A stretch of 63,498 nt of DNA, counting the filler, from Ferroacidibacillus organovorans (GTDB lineage Bacteria > Bacillota > Bacilli > Alicyclobacillales > SLC66): the NCBI RefSeq assembly GCF_001642725.1. It is 3 parts of 3 records of this genome, joined end to end, with 100 filler letters (N's around TTAATTAATTAA, not from the genome) between each part and the next. Parts side by side here need not be neighbours in the genome. Positions count along the whole stretch, not along the records: positions 1 to 22,160 come from NZ_LSUQ01000042.1; positions 22,261 to 44,158 come from NZ_LSUQ01000043.1; 1 more part is not named here. One strand, given 5' to 3'. Of the stretch, positions 21,297 to 30,855 are shown in pieces; position 1 is the first letter of the stretch, and each line of letters opens with the position of its first letter. The translations under genes were made by a program, and so were the position numbers. A model generated the notes under the pieces. The model ran no database searches and had not been told where the DNA came from. It saw only the letters and a program-made list of their open reading frames with translations.

Positions 21297-22160
21297 TCAA
21301 TGGGGCAAGATGTCGCGATAATCCTCGACATGCCCAACCTTGAATGCATTTTTCATCGTATACGTCATGTAGACGTGCGGTTGCAAACATAGAATGCGAT
21401 TGACAAGCGCGTGAAACGACGTGGGCCGCTTGGATTTAGATAAGGATTGAAAATAATCCCACAAATCTTCTGGCTGCACCATGCCATAGCCGAGCATGGC
21501 AAACTCCTCCGCCTTCTCGCGCAGCAGATGGCCAATGTCCGCCGTCCACTCAAGGATGTAGGGTTCCGCTTCCGGTTCTTCTTCTGGCATTTTCAATCGC
21601 CGGTTCACAGACTCCGTCTCCAAAGGAGCTTGATCGGCGCCAAAAGCTTGCAAAGGTTCGGATGCGATTTCTTCGCGTACAGCGTCGTTCCCATACGAGA
21701 CTTCCACAAAATCCTCACTTCGAGTTTCCACCGCCGCTTCAGGTAATGCGTTCGGCGGCGCAGCAGCAACGAATAGGGTTGGTACATCGCCGTGGACAGG
21801 CAAATTCGCTCCGCTCTCCAGTTTCACAGTGTGAAGATTTGTCGCATTCAATTCATCATGCCCCAACACATCTTGCACAACACGTGCAGAGATCGGTGCA
21901 AGAGGATCGCCGTCTTCAATCTCGTCCTCGTCTACACGGATGGTGAGCGTTGTCTGCGTACGCAAATCCGCAAAAGCGGCTTCGCCCACGGGCGATTCCG
22001 GAGTGGGATGAAGCACTACTTTCACGGATGCCTCCTTCTCGGTCGTGTCTTTCTCAGCTTCCTCTTCTTCGGCCGTTACCGTCGCATGTGCAAAAATTTC
22101 TTCCAACAAACTGACAATTTCAGCTTCTACCGCTTCTACCGCTTCTACCGCTTCTACCGC
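21297..22160 (-). CDS. ComN/YrzD-like post-transcriptional regulator with long acidic N-terminal extension (5'-partial at contig edge)
   Basis: C-terminal KAEEFAMLGY...EDLWDY...FHALVNRILCL...YMTY resembles ComN; located upstream of secD as in Bacillus; frame open to the gap. Confidence 0.65.
   Translation of the reverse strand, partial: AVEAVEAVEAVEAEIVSLLEEIFAHATVTAEEEEAEKDTTEKEASVKVVLHPTPESPVGEAAFADLRTQTTLTIRVDEDEIEDGDPLAPISARVVQDVLGHDELNATNLHTVKLESGANLPVHGDVPTLFVAAAPPNALPEAAVETRSEDFVEVSYGNDAVREEIASEPLQAFGADQAPLETESVNRRLKMPEEEPEAEPYILEWTADIGHLLREKAEEFAMLGYGMVQPEDLWDYFQSLSKSKRPTSFHALVNRILCLQPHVYMTYTMKNAFKVGHVEDYRDILPH
22123..22160. repeat. 9-bp tandem repeat (GCTTCTACC)n encoding (AVE)n, running into the contig end
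   Basis: gcttctacc x4 directly before the N spacer. Confidence 0.9.
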
Positions 22161-22260
22161 NNNNNNNNNNNNNNNNNNNNNNNNNNNNNNNNNNNNNNNN
22201 NNNNTTAATTAATTAANNNNNNNNNNNNNNNNNNNNNNNNNNNNNNNNNNNNNNNNNNNN
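22161..22260. other. Artificial contig spacer
   Basis: N run containing TTAATTAATTAA (stops in all six frames). Confidence 0.99.
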
Positions 22261-22360
22261 GCACCGTGGTGCGTCAAGCGTATGACGTCGAGACGGATGA
22301 GGGTGCGCGCTGCGAGATGGCGTGGGCACGCGAAGCGCCTGACGCAAAGGGCTAATCGTG

Positions 22361-23824
22361 TCAGGGGGCGGGAAGGCGCCGCGTGACTTGACGCGCGTAC
22401 GTTTCAAGAAACGCATGGCGCTTTGGCTCCTCGTCGATGGCGCGCGTGAGCGTGGGTAGAGCGGCTACCCGCTGCGCTTCCGTCATTCGCTCATCGATCA
22501 GACTCGCAAGGATGCGATACAGTCGATGTGGGAAGGTTAGCAGCGCCTCAATCAACACATACTCGCCTTGGCTCAAAGGGCGGATGCGATTGTAGGCGAG
22601 CAGCGGTCCGACGGTGATCTCACTTGACCACATACCTTTGGCTTGCATCGCGCGACGCAAGAGATGAGCCAGATCAAGGGCGGGCGGTGCGTAGGTCATC
22701 CTGTCGAAGTCGATCAGTTGAGCGCGCCCTTCTGGATGGATGATCACATTGCGCGGCGTGACGTCAAGGTGACACAGCGCGCGCTGTTGGCGTGCGCGCT
22801 TTAGCGTATCCTGTGTGGCGGGAAGCGCAAACAGGGAGAGCGACTCTTGCGCGTGGGTCAGCGCAAAGCTGAGCGCCTCTTCTAAGCGTGCCTGAACGTC
22901 CTTTTCGAGATCGAGTGGTGGCGGATTTGCGCAAAACTGACGCAAAAAATTTGTCCGTTGTTCGAGCAAATCGTTTAATTGATACACAGCAGGTGGCTCG
23001 TATCCGGTGAGATGGATCTGCTGGCTCGCCTGGTGCAGTCGCGCGAGCGCTCGCGCGACTGCACCGACTTCGATCACGTTTTCGAACCGCGCAGTTTTCC
23101 CGTGCATCCATTGCGCCGCGTAGTAGCGTGCGCCGCGATCTGTGACAACCGGTTTTCCTGAGGGGGTTCGCAACAGTGTCGGAAGATTCAGGCCAGAGCG
23201 ACTCAATTGGTCGAGACCATCCGCCATGAATGCGATTCTCTCAGGTTGCATGGCCGTTTTTTTGAGCGCATAGGCCGATCCGTCTGCCAGTTCCATGCGC
23301 CAAATGTTTGCGATTTGCGTCATGCGCACGATTTCCTGACCATACGCATCCGCCAGTGGTGACGTCAAAAGGCTATTTTCATCCCTGCGTCGGAGCGTCG
23401 CAACAAGTGTCGCATCAGATTTGCGCACCTCTGCACGTCGTGCTGAGGTGCCGACACTGGCTGTAACCGGGCGAGCAGTTTTGAATCCGCGCTGAGTGTG
23501 CAGCGCCTTCGGCCGCGGCTTGCTTGCCGGTTTTTGCTGTCGCTTCGGATGAAAATAGCGGTCCGCGATACGTTTCACGCGCTGTTCCGTCCCCCACATG
23601 CGCTTTTGTGAAAGCGGGTCCGTTGGGCTCTCGACATACGCGGTGCGCCAGGATGACGCATGGTGTTCCTCGGTGTCTTCGTCAGCGGATAGCCTTTCTT
23701 TGTCGGCGCTTTTTGGCGCAGAGCGAGGCGCCGTGCTCATTTTTGTGGGGCCTAGCATCGCGGGAGGTTTTGTCAATTCACGCCATAAACTTTTGATCCA
23801 GGGTGGGAGTTGCGATCTGTCCAA
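22361..23824 (-). CDS. CotS-related spore coat protein (APH/kinase-like fold) with low-complexity N-terminus
   Basis: YALKK, LARLH, LCHLDVTPRNV, LIDFD, LDL..LLRR, LTFPH; TTG start behind GAGGAGG. Confidence 0.75.
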   Translation of the reverse strand: MDRSQLPPWIKSLWRELTKPPAMLGPTKMSTAPRSAPKSADKERLSADEDTEEHHASSWRTAYVESPTDPLSQKRMWGTEQRVKRIADRYFHPKRQQKPASKPRPKALHTQRGFKTARPVTASVGTSARRAEVRKSDATLVATLRRRDENSLLTSPLADAYGQEIVRMTQIANIWRMELADGSAYALKKTAMQPERIAFMADGLDQLSRSGLNLPTLLRTPSGKPVVTDRGARYYAAQWMHGKTARFENVIEVGAVARALARLHQASQQIHLTGYEPPAVYQLNDLLEQRTNFLRQFCANPPPLDLEKDVQARLEEALSFALTHAQESLSLFALPATQDTLKRARQQRALCHLDVTPRNVIIHPEGRAQLIDFDRMTYAPPALDLAHLLRRAMQAKGMWSSEITVGPLLAYNRIRPLSQGEYVLIEALLTFPHRLYRILASLIDERMTEAQRVAALPTLTRAIDEEPKRHAFLETYARQVTRRLPAP

Positions 23825-23851
23825 TTCGCGTCCCTCCTCGTCGTGTTTCCT

Positions 23852-23880
23852 TATTGTATGTCGCGAGGCGGGCGACTGTC
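23852..23880 (-). promoter_or_regulatory. SigmaK-type promoter for the cotS-like gene
   Basis: Minus strand gACA-N16-CATACAATA matches the sigmaK consensus AC-N17-CATAnnnTA. Confidence 0.55.
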
Positions 23881-23913
23881 CCTGCGGAGTGAAGATCGGA
23901 TTTTCAAGTTTTT

Positions 23914-23942
23914 GCAAACGCCAAGCGACCTGCGCATACGAT
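23914..23942 (+). promoter_or_regulatory. SigmaE-like promoter for the amidase-domain gene
   Basis: GCAAACG-N14-CATACGAT; good -10 and spacing, one mismatch in the -35. Confidence 0.4.
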
Positions 23943-23960
23943 GGTTCGGGGGTGACGCGA

Positions 23961-24908
23961 ATGCGTGACGCAGTTCGTCAGACACAAACCTTTTTTCAGT
24001 TGCGCAACGATGCATGGGTGACCGGCCATCACGGAGCGCTTGAAGCGACTCACGGGATCACGAAAACACAGCTCGAAATGAAGAAACGCAAGAACATGCA
24101 AAGACAGCGTGGCGCGATCGATCGCAAGGCGATTGCGGATGTGCAGGTACTCGCTGTGACACGCGATGAATCTCAAGAAACCATCATCGTGGATGTGAGT
24201 GAACATCTTCGCATGGTCTATGAGCTTGAAGGGAAACTTCTTCACGAGCGACGCATCTACAAACACCGCTTGCATTGGCGAGGGGCGGAGCTTTATTGGC
24301 ACGACCAGTTGCACGAGATCGATGACGGATTGGGTGTGGGGGATGCGTTCGAACCTGCGCCGGAAGCGGCAGACGATCTTGAGCGACACTTCGAGGAGCA
24401 GGCGCTGCGCGGGTTTCAGTATGATCGCACGCGCGCCTTTCAGTATGCGGAACGCTACTGGAATGAGCGCAACCCGGCGTATCACGACATGGGGGACGAT
24501 TGTACAAATTTCATCTCGCAAGTGCTCTGTGCCGGAGGGTTTCCCATGATTGGCGGATCGCCCCGACGCGGGGAAGGGTGGTGGTACCGCCGATCAGCAC
24601 ACCCGGATTGGAGCTACTCGTGGGCGGTTGCCCACATGTTGGTCAGCGTACTCACGTCTGCAAAGAACCCGTTTCGCGTTAAATTGGTGAGCGATCCACG
24701 CGAGTTGCAGGTGGGTGACGTAATCGCTTACGATTGGAAAAACAGCGGCCGATTTACGCATACGACTGTTGTGGTGGACCATGACATCAGTGGCGCGCCG
24801 CTGATCGATGCGCATACGGTAGACAGCCACCGTCGCTATTTTTCCTACGAAGACAGTTATGCGTGGACACCCGAGACGCGCTATCTGCTGGTTCACTTTC
24901 TGGATTGA
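23961..24908 (+). CDS. Amidase_6-domain sporulation protein (YhbB-like)
   Basis: YDR..A..YAERYW, DCTNFISQ.L.AGG, GWWY, WSYSWAVAH, GDVIAYD, AHT; yhbB-cspR-prkA synteny. Confidence 0.8.
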   Translation: MRDAVRQTQTFFQLRNDAWVTGHHGALEATHGITKTQLEMKKRKNMQRQRGAIDRKAIADVQVLAVTRDESQETIIVDVSEHLRMVYELEGKLLHERRIYKHRLHWRGAELYWHDQLHEIDDGLGVGDAFEPAPEAADDLERHFEEQALRGFQYDRTRAFQYAERYWNERNPAYHDMGDDCTNFISQVLCAGGFPMIGGSPRRGEGWWYRRSAHPDWSYSWAVAHMLVSVLTSAKNPFRVKLVSDPRELQVGDVIAYDWKNSGRFTHTTVVVDHDISGAPLIDAHTVDSHRRYFSYEDSYAWTPETRYLLVHFLD

Positions 24909-24971
24909 ATTCGCTATGATGGGACAGGACCTTTTTGAACAATCATCGATAAAGAAAGGAAGGTATTTAGG

Positions 24972-25436
24972 TTGCACATTGTTTTATTTGAACCGCAAAT
25001 TCCCCCAAATACCGGAAATATTGCGCGCACATGCGCTGCTACAGGAACGGTGCTTCACCTGGTCAAGCCGCTTGGCTTTCAGATTGATGATGCGGCGCTT
25101 CGCCGCGCTGGCTTGGACTATTGGAAATATGTCAATCTGACAACACATGAATCGCTTGAAGAGGTCCTCGCCATCGCCCAAAAAGAGGGTGCAAACACCT
25201 ACTTCTTTACGAAGTTTGGCACAAAGACGTACAGTGACATCGCGTATCAATCGCAGGATTATCTGATCTTTGGAAAAGAGACCACGGGTCTACCAGATTT
25301 TGTTCGCGAGACGTATAAAGAGCAATTGGTGCGCATACCGATGGGACCTGTCATGCGTTCGCTCAATCTCTCGAACACGGTCGCGCTTGCACTGTATGAA
25401 GCGCTGCGCCAGCAGGCGTTTCCCGGGCTCACGTAA
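24972..25436 (+). CDS. trmL: tRNA (cytidine/uridine-34 2'-O)-methyltransferase TrmL/CspR
   Basis: PQIPPNTGNIARTC, RAGLDYW, FGKETTGLP, RSLNLSN. Confidence 0.95.
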   Translation: MHIVLFEPQIPPNTGNIARTCAATGTVLHLVKPLGFQIDDAALRRAGLDYWKYVNLTTHESLEEVLAIAQKEGANTYFFTKFGTKTYSDIAYQSQDYLIFGKETTGLPDFVRETYKEQLVRIPMGPVMRSLNLSNTVALALYEALRQQAFPGLT

Positions 25437-26010
25437 TCTCCTTTGCGTGAAGCCCCCCGAGCGCGATCGCTTGCAGGGAGGGGGCGAGCGCGAGCAAGTC
25501 AACTGCCGGGTCGGCAAAGAGATGGTGCAGCGCTGTGATGCTCGTCGACCCGAATAAACTCCACGCGGCGACCTCCGCGTTCTCGACAGAAAAGATCTGT
25601 TCATCGACACCCTGCGCGATGACCTGCCGAATGGACTGAACATAATGCACGAGCATTCTCCGAAATTCGCGGTGCCTCGCTTCATCCCCCCATGTTTCGC
25701 GGAGAATAATGATGCAAAAGTCTCGATATTCTGTAAAGAAGGCGAGTTGTGCGCGCACGATTTCACGAATTTTTTCCGATGAGCTCATCTCTTCCGTAAG
25801 GTGGGAGAGTACCTTTTCGCGAAGCAGTTCGGTGCCTTCTTCCACGAGAAAGACAAACAGGTCCTCTTTGCTTTTAAAGTGGTAGTAGATGGTTCCCTTT
25901 GCCACACTGGCTTTTGCGGCGATCTCATCCATCGTAGCCTTTTCAAAGCCGCGCTCGGAAAAAACATCGACGGCGGCGCGAAAGATGAGACGTGTTTTCA
26001 CTGAAGCCAC
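25429..26010 (-). CDS. TetR/AcrR family regulator
   Basis: FSERGFEKATMDEIAAKASVAKGTIYYHFKSKEDL. Confidence 0.92.
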   Translation of the reverse strand: MASVKTRLIFRAAVDVFSERGFEKATMDEIAAKASVAKGTIYYHFKSKEDLFVFLVEEGTELLREKVLSHLTEEMSSSEKIREIVRAQLAFFTEYRDFCIIILRETWGDEARHREFRRMLVHYVQSIRQVIAQGVDEQIFSVENAEVAAWSLFGSTSITALHHLFADPAVDLLALAPSLQAIALGGLHAKEIT

Positions 26011-26189
26011 TGCGTAAAGCCTCCCTTTTCATCGCCGTAGTAATCGGATTTTAAAAGAGCGGCGCAACGAGGCGGAACTCTTCGCATAAGAATAATATCA
26101 CACCCTAAAAACGGTGTGGCCCTTCGTGACACTCTTGAGCCCGTATTATGATGCATGGGACCTAACCCGGAGAATAAGGGGGAAGACAC

Positions 26190-27068
26190 GTGGACATCGT
26201 CAATCGCTTGAGCGCGTATCGCGCGAGGGAAGAGGAACTCTCATTTGAAGGGACGTTTCTCGACTATCTTGAGATCGTTCGCCGCGAGCCGAGTGTCGCG
26301 GTTTCGGCGCACACGCGGATCTATCAGATGATTGCAGCTTCTGGCATTGTAGAAGATGAGTCAGGACATAAACGGTACCCTTTCTTTGACGACGATATCT
26401 TTGGTCTTCATCTCGCGCTTGAGCGACTGGTCGAAGAGTATTTTCACTCTGCGGCAAAACGGCTTGATGTGCGCAAACGAATTCTGCTCTTGATGGGTCC
26501 GGTAAGCGGTGGCAAGTCCACCATCGTCACGCTGCTAAAACGCGGACTTGAGCGCTATTCGCGCACACCGGAAGGCGCCCTCTACGGGATCAAGGGTTGC
26601 CCGATGCATGAAGAGCCCCTCCACCTTGTGCCGCTTGAGTTGCGCCCCGAGATCGAGCGCGAACTTGGCGTTCGCATAGAAGGCAACCTCTGCCCCTCCT
26701 GTCGCCTGCGACTGCAGAGCGAGTTTGATGGAAGGATCGAAGATGTGATTGTGGAGCGCATTCTCCTCTCTGAGGATGAGCGTGTAGGGATCGGGACATT
26801 CAGTCCATCCGATCCCAAATCGCAGGACATCGCTGATCTGACAGGGAGCATTGACTTTTCTACCATCTCCGAGTACGGCTCGGAGAGCGATCCCCGGGCG
26901 TACCGTTTTGACGGGGAGTTGAACAAGGCGAACCGTGGACTCATGGAGTTTCAGGAGATGCTAAAATGCGATGAAAAATTTCTTTGGCATCTGTTGTCAC
27001 TCACGCAAGAAGGTAACTTTAAGGCTGGCCGATTTGCGTTAATCTCCGCCGATGAAGTGGTGGTTTGA
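26190..27068 (+). pseudogene. prkA: 5' half of prkA (PrkA/YeaG AAA+ family sporulation protein), interrupted at a recombination site
   Basis: GPVSGGKST Walker A, FSPSDPKSQDIADLTG, ELNKANRGLMEFQEMLK, GRFALISADEVVV then TGA; 292 aa versus about 630 for full PrkA; stop lies immediately after the 20-bp repeat. Confidence 0.92.
27046..27065 (+). repeat. att core copy 1 (putative attL), CCGCCGATGAAGTGGTGGTT
   Basis: Identical to 30831-30850; forms the last codons of the truncated prkA. Confidence 0.9.
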
Positions 27069-27105
27069 CGCCTACAACATCTCCACACGGTCGCGCGTGC
27101 GCGAC

Positions 27106-28890
27106 TCACCCCCTGAAGCCGGCTGCAGTGCCCGCGCCTGTCGCCCCGCGCGTGATCGCCTGATAAAACCCCGCATCCTCCGCGCCGACATGCCAGATGG
27201 CCAAACCTTTTAACCCATAATCCCGCACATACGAAGCGATGGTCGTGACGGTTGCATCGCTCGGATACCATACGGTGTGTTGAACGCCTTGTGAGCTGTA
27301 GCTGATCACGCGATTTTGCGATCTCGCGTCAATGTGATAGCCATACGTGTGCGCGAGTGCGTTCCCCTGGGGCATCGAGATCTCCGTCGTGCCGTTTGCC
27401 GACCAGTCATATCCGTAATCTGCCATGCCAAGGAGAATTTTGTTTGCAGGCATTTGCGTGAGCGCGTACTTGATCACCCAATCGTCATAGGTCGCATCCT
27501 CGACGGCACCCGGTTTGGTGTTCGGATTGTGCTCGTCATACGTAATCAGCATCACCATATCCGCGCTTTTAGCAATCGCCTGCCAGTTGTAGCCGTCTTG
27601 CAGCGCGCTCGCCTTCTCAGGCACGCAGACCATCAATTTTAAATGCACGGCGTGCGCCTTTTGCGCAAAAAGCGCCACAAATTGCGAGTATGCGGACGTA
27701 TCGGTTGACGCGATGTTCTCAAAATCAAGTGTGATTCCAGAGAGGTGTTCGCGGGTGGCGATTTGAACCGCCTCGGAAGCGACTGCCAGTTCTCGATGTT
27801 TATCGCTCAGAAGTTGCGTGGCAAACGCCGTATCGGATTGATTCGTCACACTGTTGTAGTTGCCGATCACCATAAAACCGCGCGAGCCGATCGTCTGCGC
27901 GAGATTTGCGAGTCCTGAGCCGGCGGAAAACGGTGTGAGCAAGTCGTGTGTTTGATCGATCGCTTGTCGGGTCTTTGCGGCGCCCTTAGGAAAGAGCGAA
28001 ATGAATGGATAGCCGACGATTCCGTAAGCGTTGACCTGTGAATGCAAAGCAACATCTGCACTTTTTTGCGCGTTTGTCTCAGGCCCCGCCGAAAACATAT
28101 AAAGGTAGGGCGTCGTCACGGGAGGCAAAGGTGGTGTCACATAGTGAAGATCGGGACTGGGATGGGCAAAAAGCGCGTTCGCCTTTGCGATCGACACGGC
28201 GAATGCGGCGCGCGTCTCGAACCCGAACGGATGAAACTGCCCCCCATTGGCAGTCATGAGTCCCGTCCCGAGCATCGACTGGATGAGCATCTGTTGCTGC
28301 GCGGGAAGTGTTTGAATGTCGCTCAGTGAAAATGGCCGCAAATAACTGTATACGTCAATTCCGTAGAGTTTGGAGAGAAACTGCGCCAAGAAAAGACGAG
28401 GTGCAGCCGCGTTTGGGTTTGCTGTTCCGCTGTAGAGCCCGCGCGCTTTGGCCATTGCGAGATAGAATGCATTGCTCCCCTGTGGCGTCTCATTCGCAGG
28501 CAAACTGCGAAAAGACAGCGCGAGCGCCACCGCATCGCTGTAGGTTAGGAGGGCGTTCGGCTGAAAGGATGGATCGGCGCTGTCGGGTGGGAGCTGAGCG
28601 AGGCTGTGCAGCGCTCGCGCGCGGTAGAGCGGGCTTTTTAAGAGAAGAAGAAGATTGCTGCGCGCCGCGGCAAACGCTCGCAAATGGCTGTTTTCATAGA
28701 CATTGGCAAGCCCCCACGCGGCGCCATACGGATCTGCCGCGCGATCGAGCGTGAAGGCGTGGATTGCACCTTGGTAATCGTGGTGACTGTATGCAAGCCA
28801 TCCTTGCCCGTTGTAGGAGATGGCTTCCGTTGGCGTGGAGATCGATAGAACAAAAGACAGTGTTGCCGCGAGTGAAAGTATTTTTTTCAT
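27106..28890 (-). CDS. Secreted glycoside hydrolase family 18 protein with TPR-like/SLH-like N-terminal region
   Basis: Signal peptide MKKILSLAATLSFV; GITLDFEN (DxE), ITYDEH, KILLG..YGYDW, GLAIW..G.ED as in YaaH/YdhD-type GH18. Confidence 0.8.
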   Translation of the reverse strand: MKKILSLAATLSFVLSISTPTEAISYNGQGWLAYSHHDYQGAIHAFTLDRAADPYGAAWGLANVYENSHLRAFAAARSNLLLLLKSPLYRARALHSLAQLPPDSADPSFQPNALLTYSDAVALALSFRSLPANETPQGSNAFYLAMAKARGLYSGTANPNAAAPRLFLAQFLSKLYGIDVYSYLRPFSLSDIQTLPAQQQMLIQSMLGTGLMTANGGQFHPFGFETRAAFAVSIAKANALFAHPSPDLHYVTPPLPPVTTPYLYMFSAGPETNAQKSADVALHSQVNAYGIVGYPFISLFPKGAAKTRQAIDQTHDLLTPFSAGSGLANLAQTIGSRGFMVIGNYNSVTNQSDTAFATQLLSDKHRELAVASEAVQIATREHLSGITLDFENIASTDTSAYSQFVALFAQKAHAVHLKLMVCVPEKASALQDGYNWQAIAKSADMVMLITYDEHNPNTKPGAVEDATYDDWVIKYALTQMPANKILLGMADYGYDWSANGTTEISMPQGNALAHTYGYHIDARSQNRVISYSSQGVQHTVWYPSDATVTTIASYVRDYGLKGLAIWHVGAEDAGFYQAITRGATGAGTAAGFRG

Positions 28891-29027
28891 AGACGAGATA
28901 ACCACCTATCGTGAAATCACGGATTCTATGACTGTCATTCTATCACATCCTGTGTCGCCGCTACGTGAAGGAATGTTGTTCGGATAGACAGGCTGCCGCT
29001 CATACACATGAAGGGGGAGGGGTGTGC

Positions 29028-29246
29028 ATGACGTGGCAAGAATTCTCAATGCATCAGCCAACGCCGATTAAAACGTATCACGTGGATGGCTGCACCATGG
29101 CGCTTTATGAATGGGTTGAAAAGGATGGACGGATGCCTTCAGTGACGTCTGAAACAGCGCAAAAGGAGGGCGTACGCGGTGGACGTCGCGAATCTCGCGC
29201 ATGTGAAACGAGCGGTGTGCTATCTGCGCAAGTCGCGCGAAGATGA
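29028..29246 (+). CDS. Small hypothetical protein overlapping the start of recombinase 1
   Basis: 72-aa ORF with strong GGGGGAGGGG RBS; no recognised family. Confidence 0.4.
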   Translation: MTWQEFSMHQPTPIKTYHVDGCTMALYEWVEKDGRMPSVTSETAQKEGVRGGRRESRACETSGVLSAQVARR

Positions 29247-30822
29247 GCAGGCGGAGCGCCGCGGAGAAGACACCCTGGCTGCGCAGCGCGCGATGATGGA
29301 GCGCGAGGTACTGGCGCGCTTTGCGTTCTCGTGTGACGTGTGCGAGGAGGTGGCGTCAGGGGATAGCATTCGGGAGCGCCCGGTGTTTCGCGCGTTGCTG
29401 TCGAAACTTGGCGTTGAGTACCAGGCGATTGTGGTCAAGGATCTGTCGCGACTGGGGCGAGGCAGTTATGCGGATATGGGTGTGGTCTATGACTTGATCC
29501 GCGATCGACAGATTCTGATTGTCACCATGGACGCGGTTTACCATCCGGCGAATCACTCCGATCTGATGATGATCCGCTTCTTTATGTTTATCTCGCGCGA
29601 GGAGTACGAAATGATCACGTGGCGAATGCGCGAGGGGAAGGCCAGTTTGTCGCGGCAAGGGAAGTGGGTCGCAGGTTCTGTGCCCTACGGGTATCGCTAT
29701 GATCAGGAGCGCCGGGTGCTCGTTCCAGAACCGGATGAGGCGCAGGTTGTGCAAATGATCTTTTCACTTTATGTGGAGCAGGGACTTGGCGCGCGTGCGA
29801 TTGCGGACACGCTGAAGTCGCTTGGAATCGCCTCGCCGCGCGGGCATGCAAATTGGCGACCTGGCGTGATTCAACGAATGCTGCAAAAAGAGGTTTATCG
29901 GGGCACACTTGAGTATCGAAAGACGAAGCGAAGCAAAGCAGATCAGCGGAGGATGGCGGCGCCACTCGCCGAGCGGATCATCGTGCCAAATGCGCATCCA
30001 CCCTTGATTGCGGAGGCGCTGTGGGCGCGTGTCGCGCTGCGGCGTGACGCAAAACGCAAGGGGGCGGAGAGAGGCGACGCGCTACCTGCTGTCAACGAGG
30101 GGCTGCGCGAACTGACGCGTGTTGTGCGTTGCGGTTTGTGTGGTCACTTTATGCAGTATCAAATGAATCGGCGGGCGTATCGGCAAAAAAATGGTGTAGC
30201 GACAGAGCATAGAAACGAGTACCTGCGCTGTTTTCGCTGTCGCGTGGGGGTGCGCTATCGCATGGTTGAGCGGCAACTCCTCTGCGTGATGAGTGATGTG
30301 GGCGCGGCGCATCTTGTGGGAAATGAGGAGGGAACGAACGCCTCAGATGACGAGAAGGCATATGCAGGTGTTGGGCGCATGGAGATTGAACGGCGGGTGG
30401 CGGAGCGAAAAGTGGAGCTTGAGCGGCGAATGCGCCGCGCACGCGCGTATTTGCTGGATGGCACACTCGCAAAGGATGAGTATGAACAAGAAAAAAAGGG
30501 GGTGACGGACGCGCTGCTCGCACTGGAGCGGATAAACATCGCCGCTGGTGTCGAGCGTGCGACGGACGATGTAGCGAGTTGCTGTGATTTGGGTGAGAGT
30601 GCTTTGGCGAATTCATATGAAGCTCGTGTAGGCGCCGCGCCGCATGGTGCAACCCTGGCCGATGTGTATCGAGAAATGGCGTCGGAATGGGAGAAGAATC
30701 GCCTCCTCCACTCCGTCTTTCGCGGTGCGATTCTCCGTGTCATCGGGGATGGGCGTCCGCGTGATCCGTTTCATTTGGATTTGTATGTAGACCGCGCGAT
30801 TCAGAATGCGCTCGTTTTGTAA
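29179..30822 (+). CDS. Large serine recombinase (SprA/SpoIVCA-type), recombinase 1
   Basis: YLRKSR catalytic Ser, DLSRLGRG, REE..I..R, PYGY, zinc ribbon CGLCG...CFRC, coiled coil; AAGGAGG RBS. Confidence 0.92.
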   Translation: MDVANLAHVKRAVCYLRKSREDEQAERRGEDTLAAQRAMMEREVLARFAFSCDVCEEVASGDSIRERPVFRALLSKLGVEYQAIVVKDLSRLGRGSYADMGVVYDLIRDRQILIVTMDAVYHPANHSDLMMIRFFMFISREEYEMITWRMREGKASLSRQGKWVAGSVPYGYRYDQERRVLVPEPDEAQVVQMIFSLYVEQGLGARAIADTLKSLGIASPRGHANWRPGVIQRMLQKEVYRGTLEYRKTKRSKADQRRMAAPLAERIIVPNAHPPLIAEALWARVALRRDAKRKGAERGDALPAVNEGLRELTRVVRCGLCGHFMQYQMNRRAYRQKNGVATEHRNEYLRCFRCRVGVRYRMVERQLLCVMSDVGAAHLVGNEEGTNASDDEKAYAGVGRMEIERRVAERKVELERRMRRARAYLLDGTLAKDEYEQEKKGVTDALLALERINIAAGVERATDDVASCCDLGESALANSYEARVGAAPHGATLADVYREMASEWEKNRLLHSVFRGAILRVIGDGRPRDPFHLDLYVDRAIQNALVL

Positions 30823-30830
30823 TGCGATAA

Positions 30831-30850
30831 CCGCCGATGAAGTGGTGGTT
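30831..30850 (+). repeat. att core copy 2, CCGCCGATGAAGTGGTGGTT
   Basis: Identical to 27046-27065; embedded in the imperfect palindrome GTTTTGT..ATAACCGCC-N8-GGTGGTTAT..ACAAAAC. Confidence 0.9.
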
Positions 30851-30855
30851 ATGCG

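Larger units (their letters stand above)
27066..30850 (+). mobile_element. Putative 3785-bp serine-recombinase integrated element in prkA (element 1)
   Basis: Bounded by an exact 20-bp direct repeat; recombinase gene ends 8 bp before the right copy; flanks rebuild a palindromic attP. Confidence 0.75.

Noticed and set aside
22161..22260. TTAATTAATTAA palindrome inside N runs (also 44159-44258)
   Set aside because: Artificial six-frame-stop contig linker; adjacency across it has no biological meaning, so the defence island cannot be assumed to be part of the prkA element.
28980..29010. SigmaE/sigmaK promoter for recombinase 1 (CATACACAT), and similar candidates upstream of prkA
   Set aside because: -10 imperfect and -35 spacing wrong; cannot be supported.
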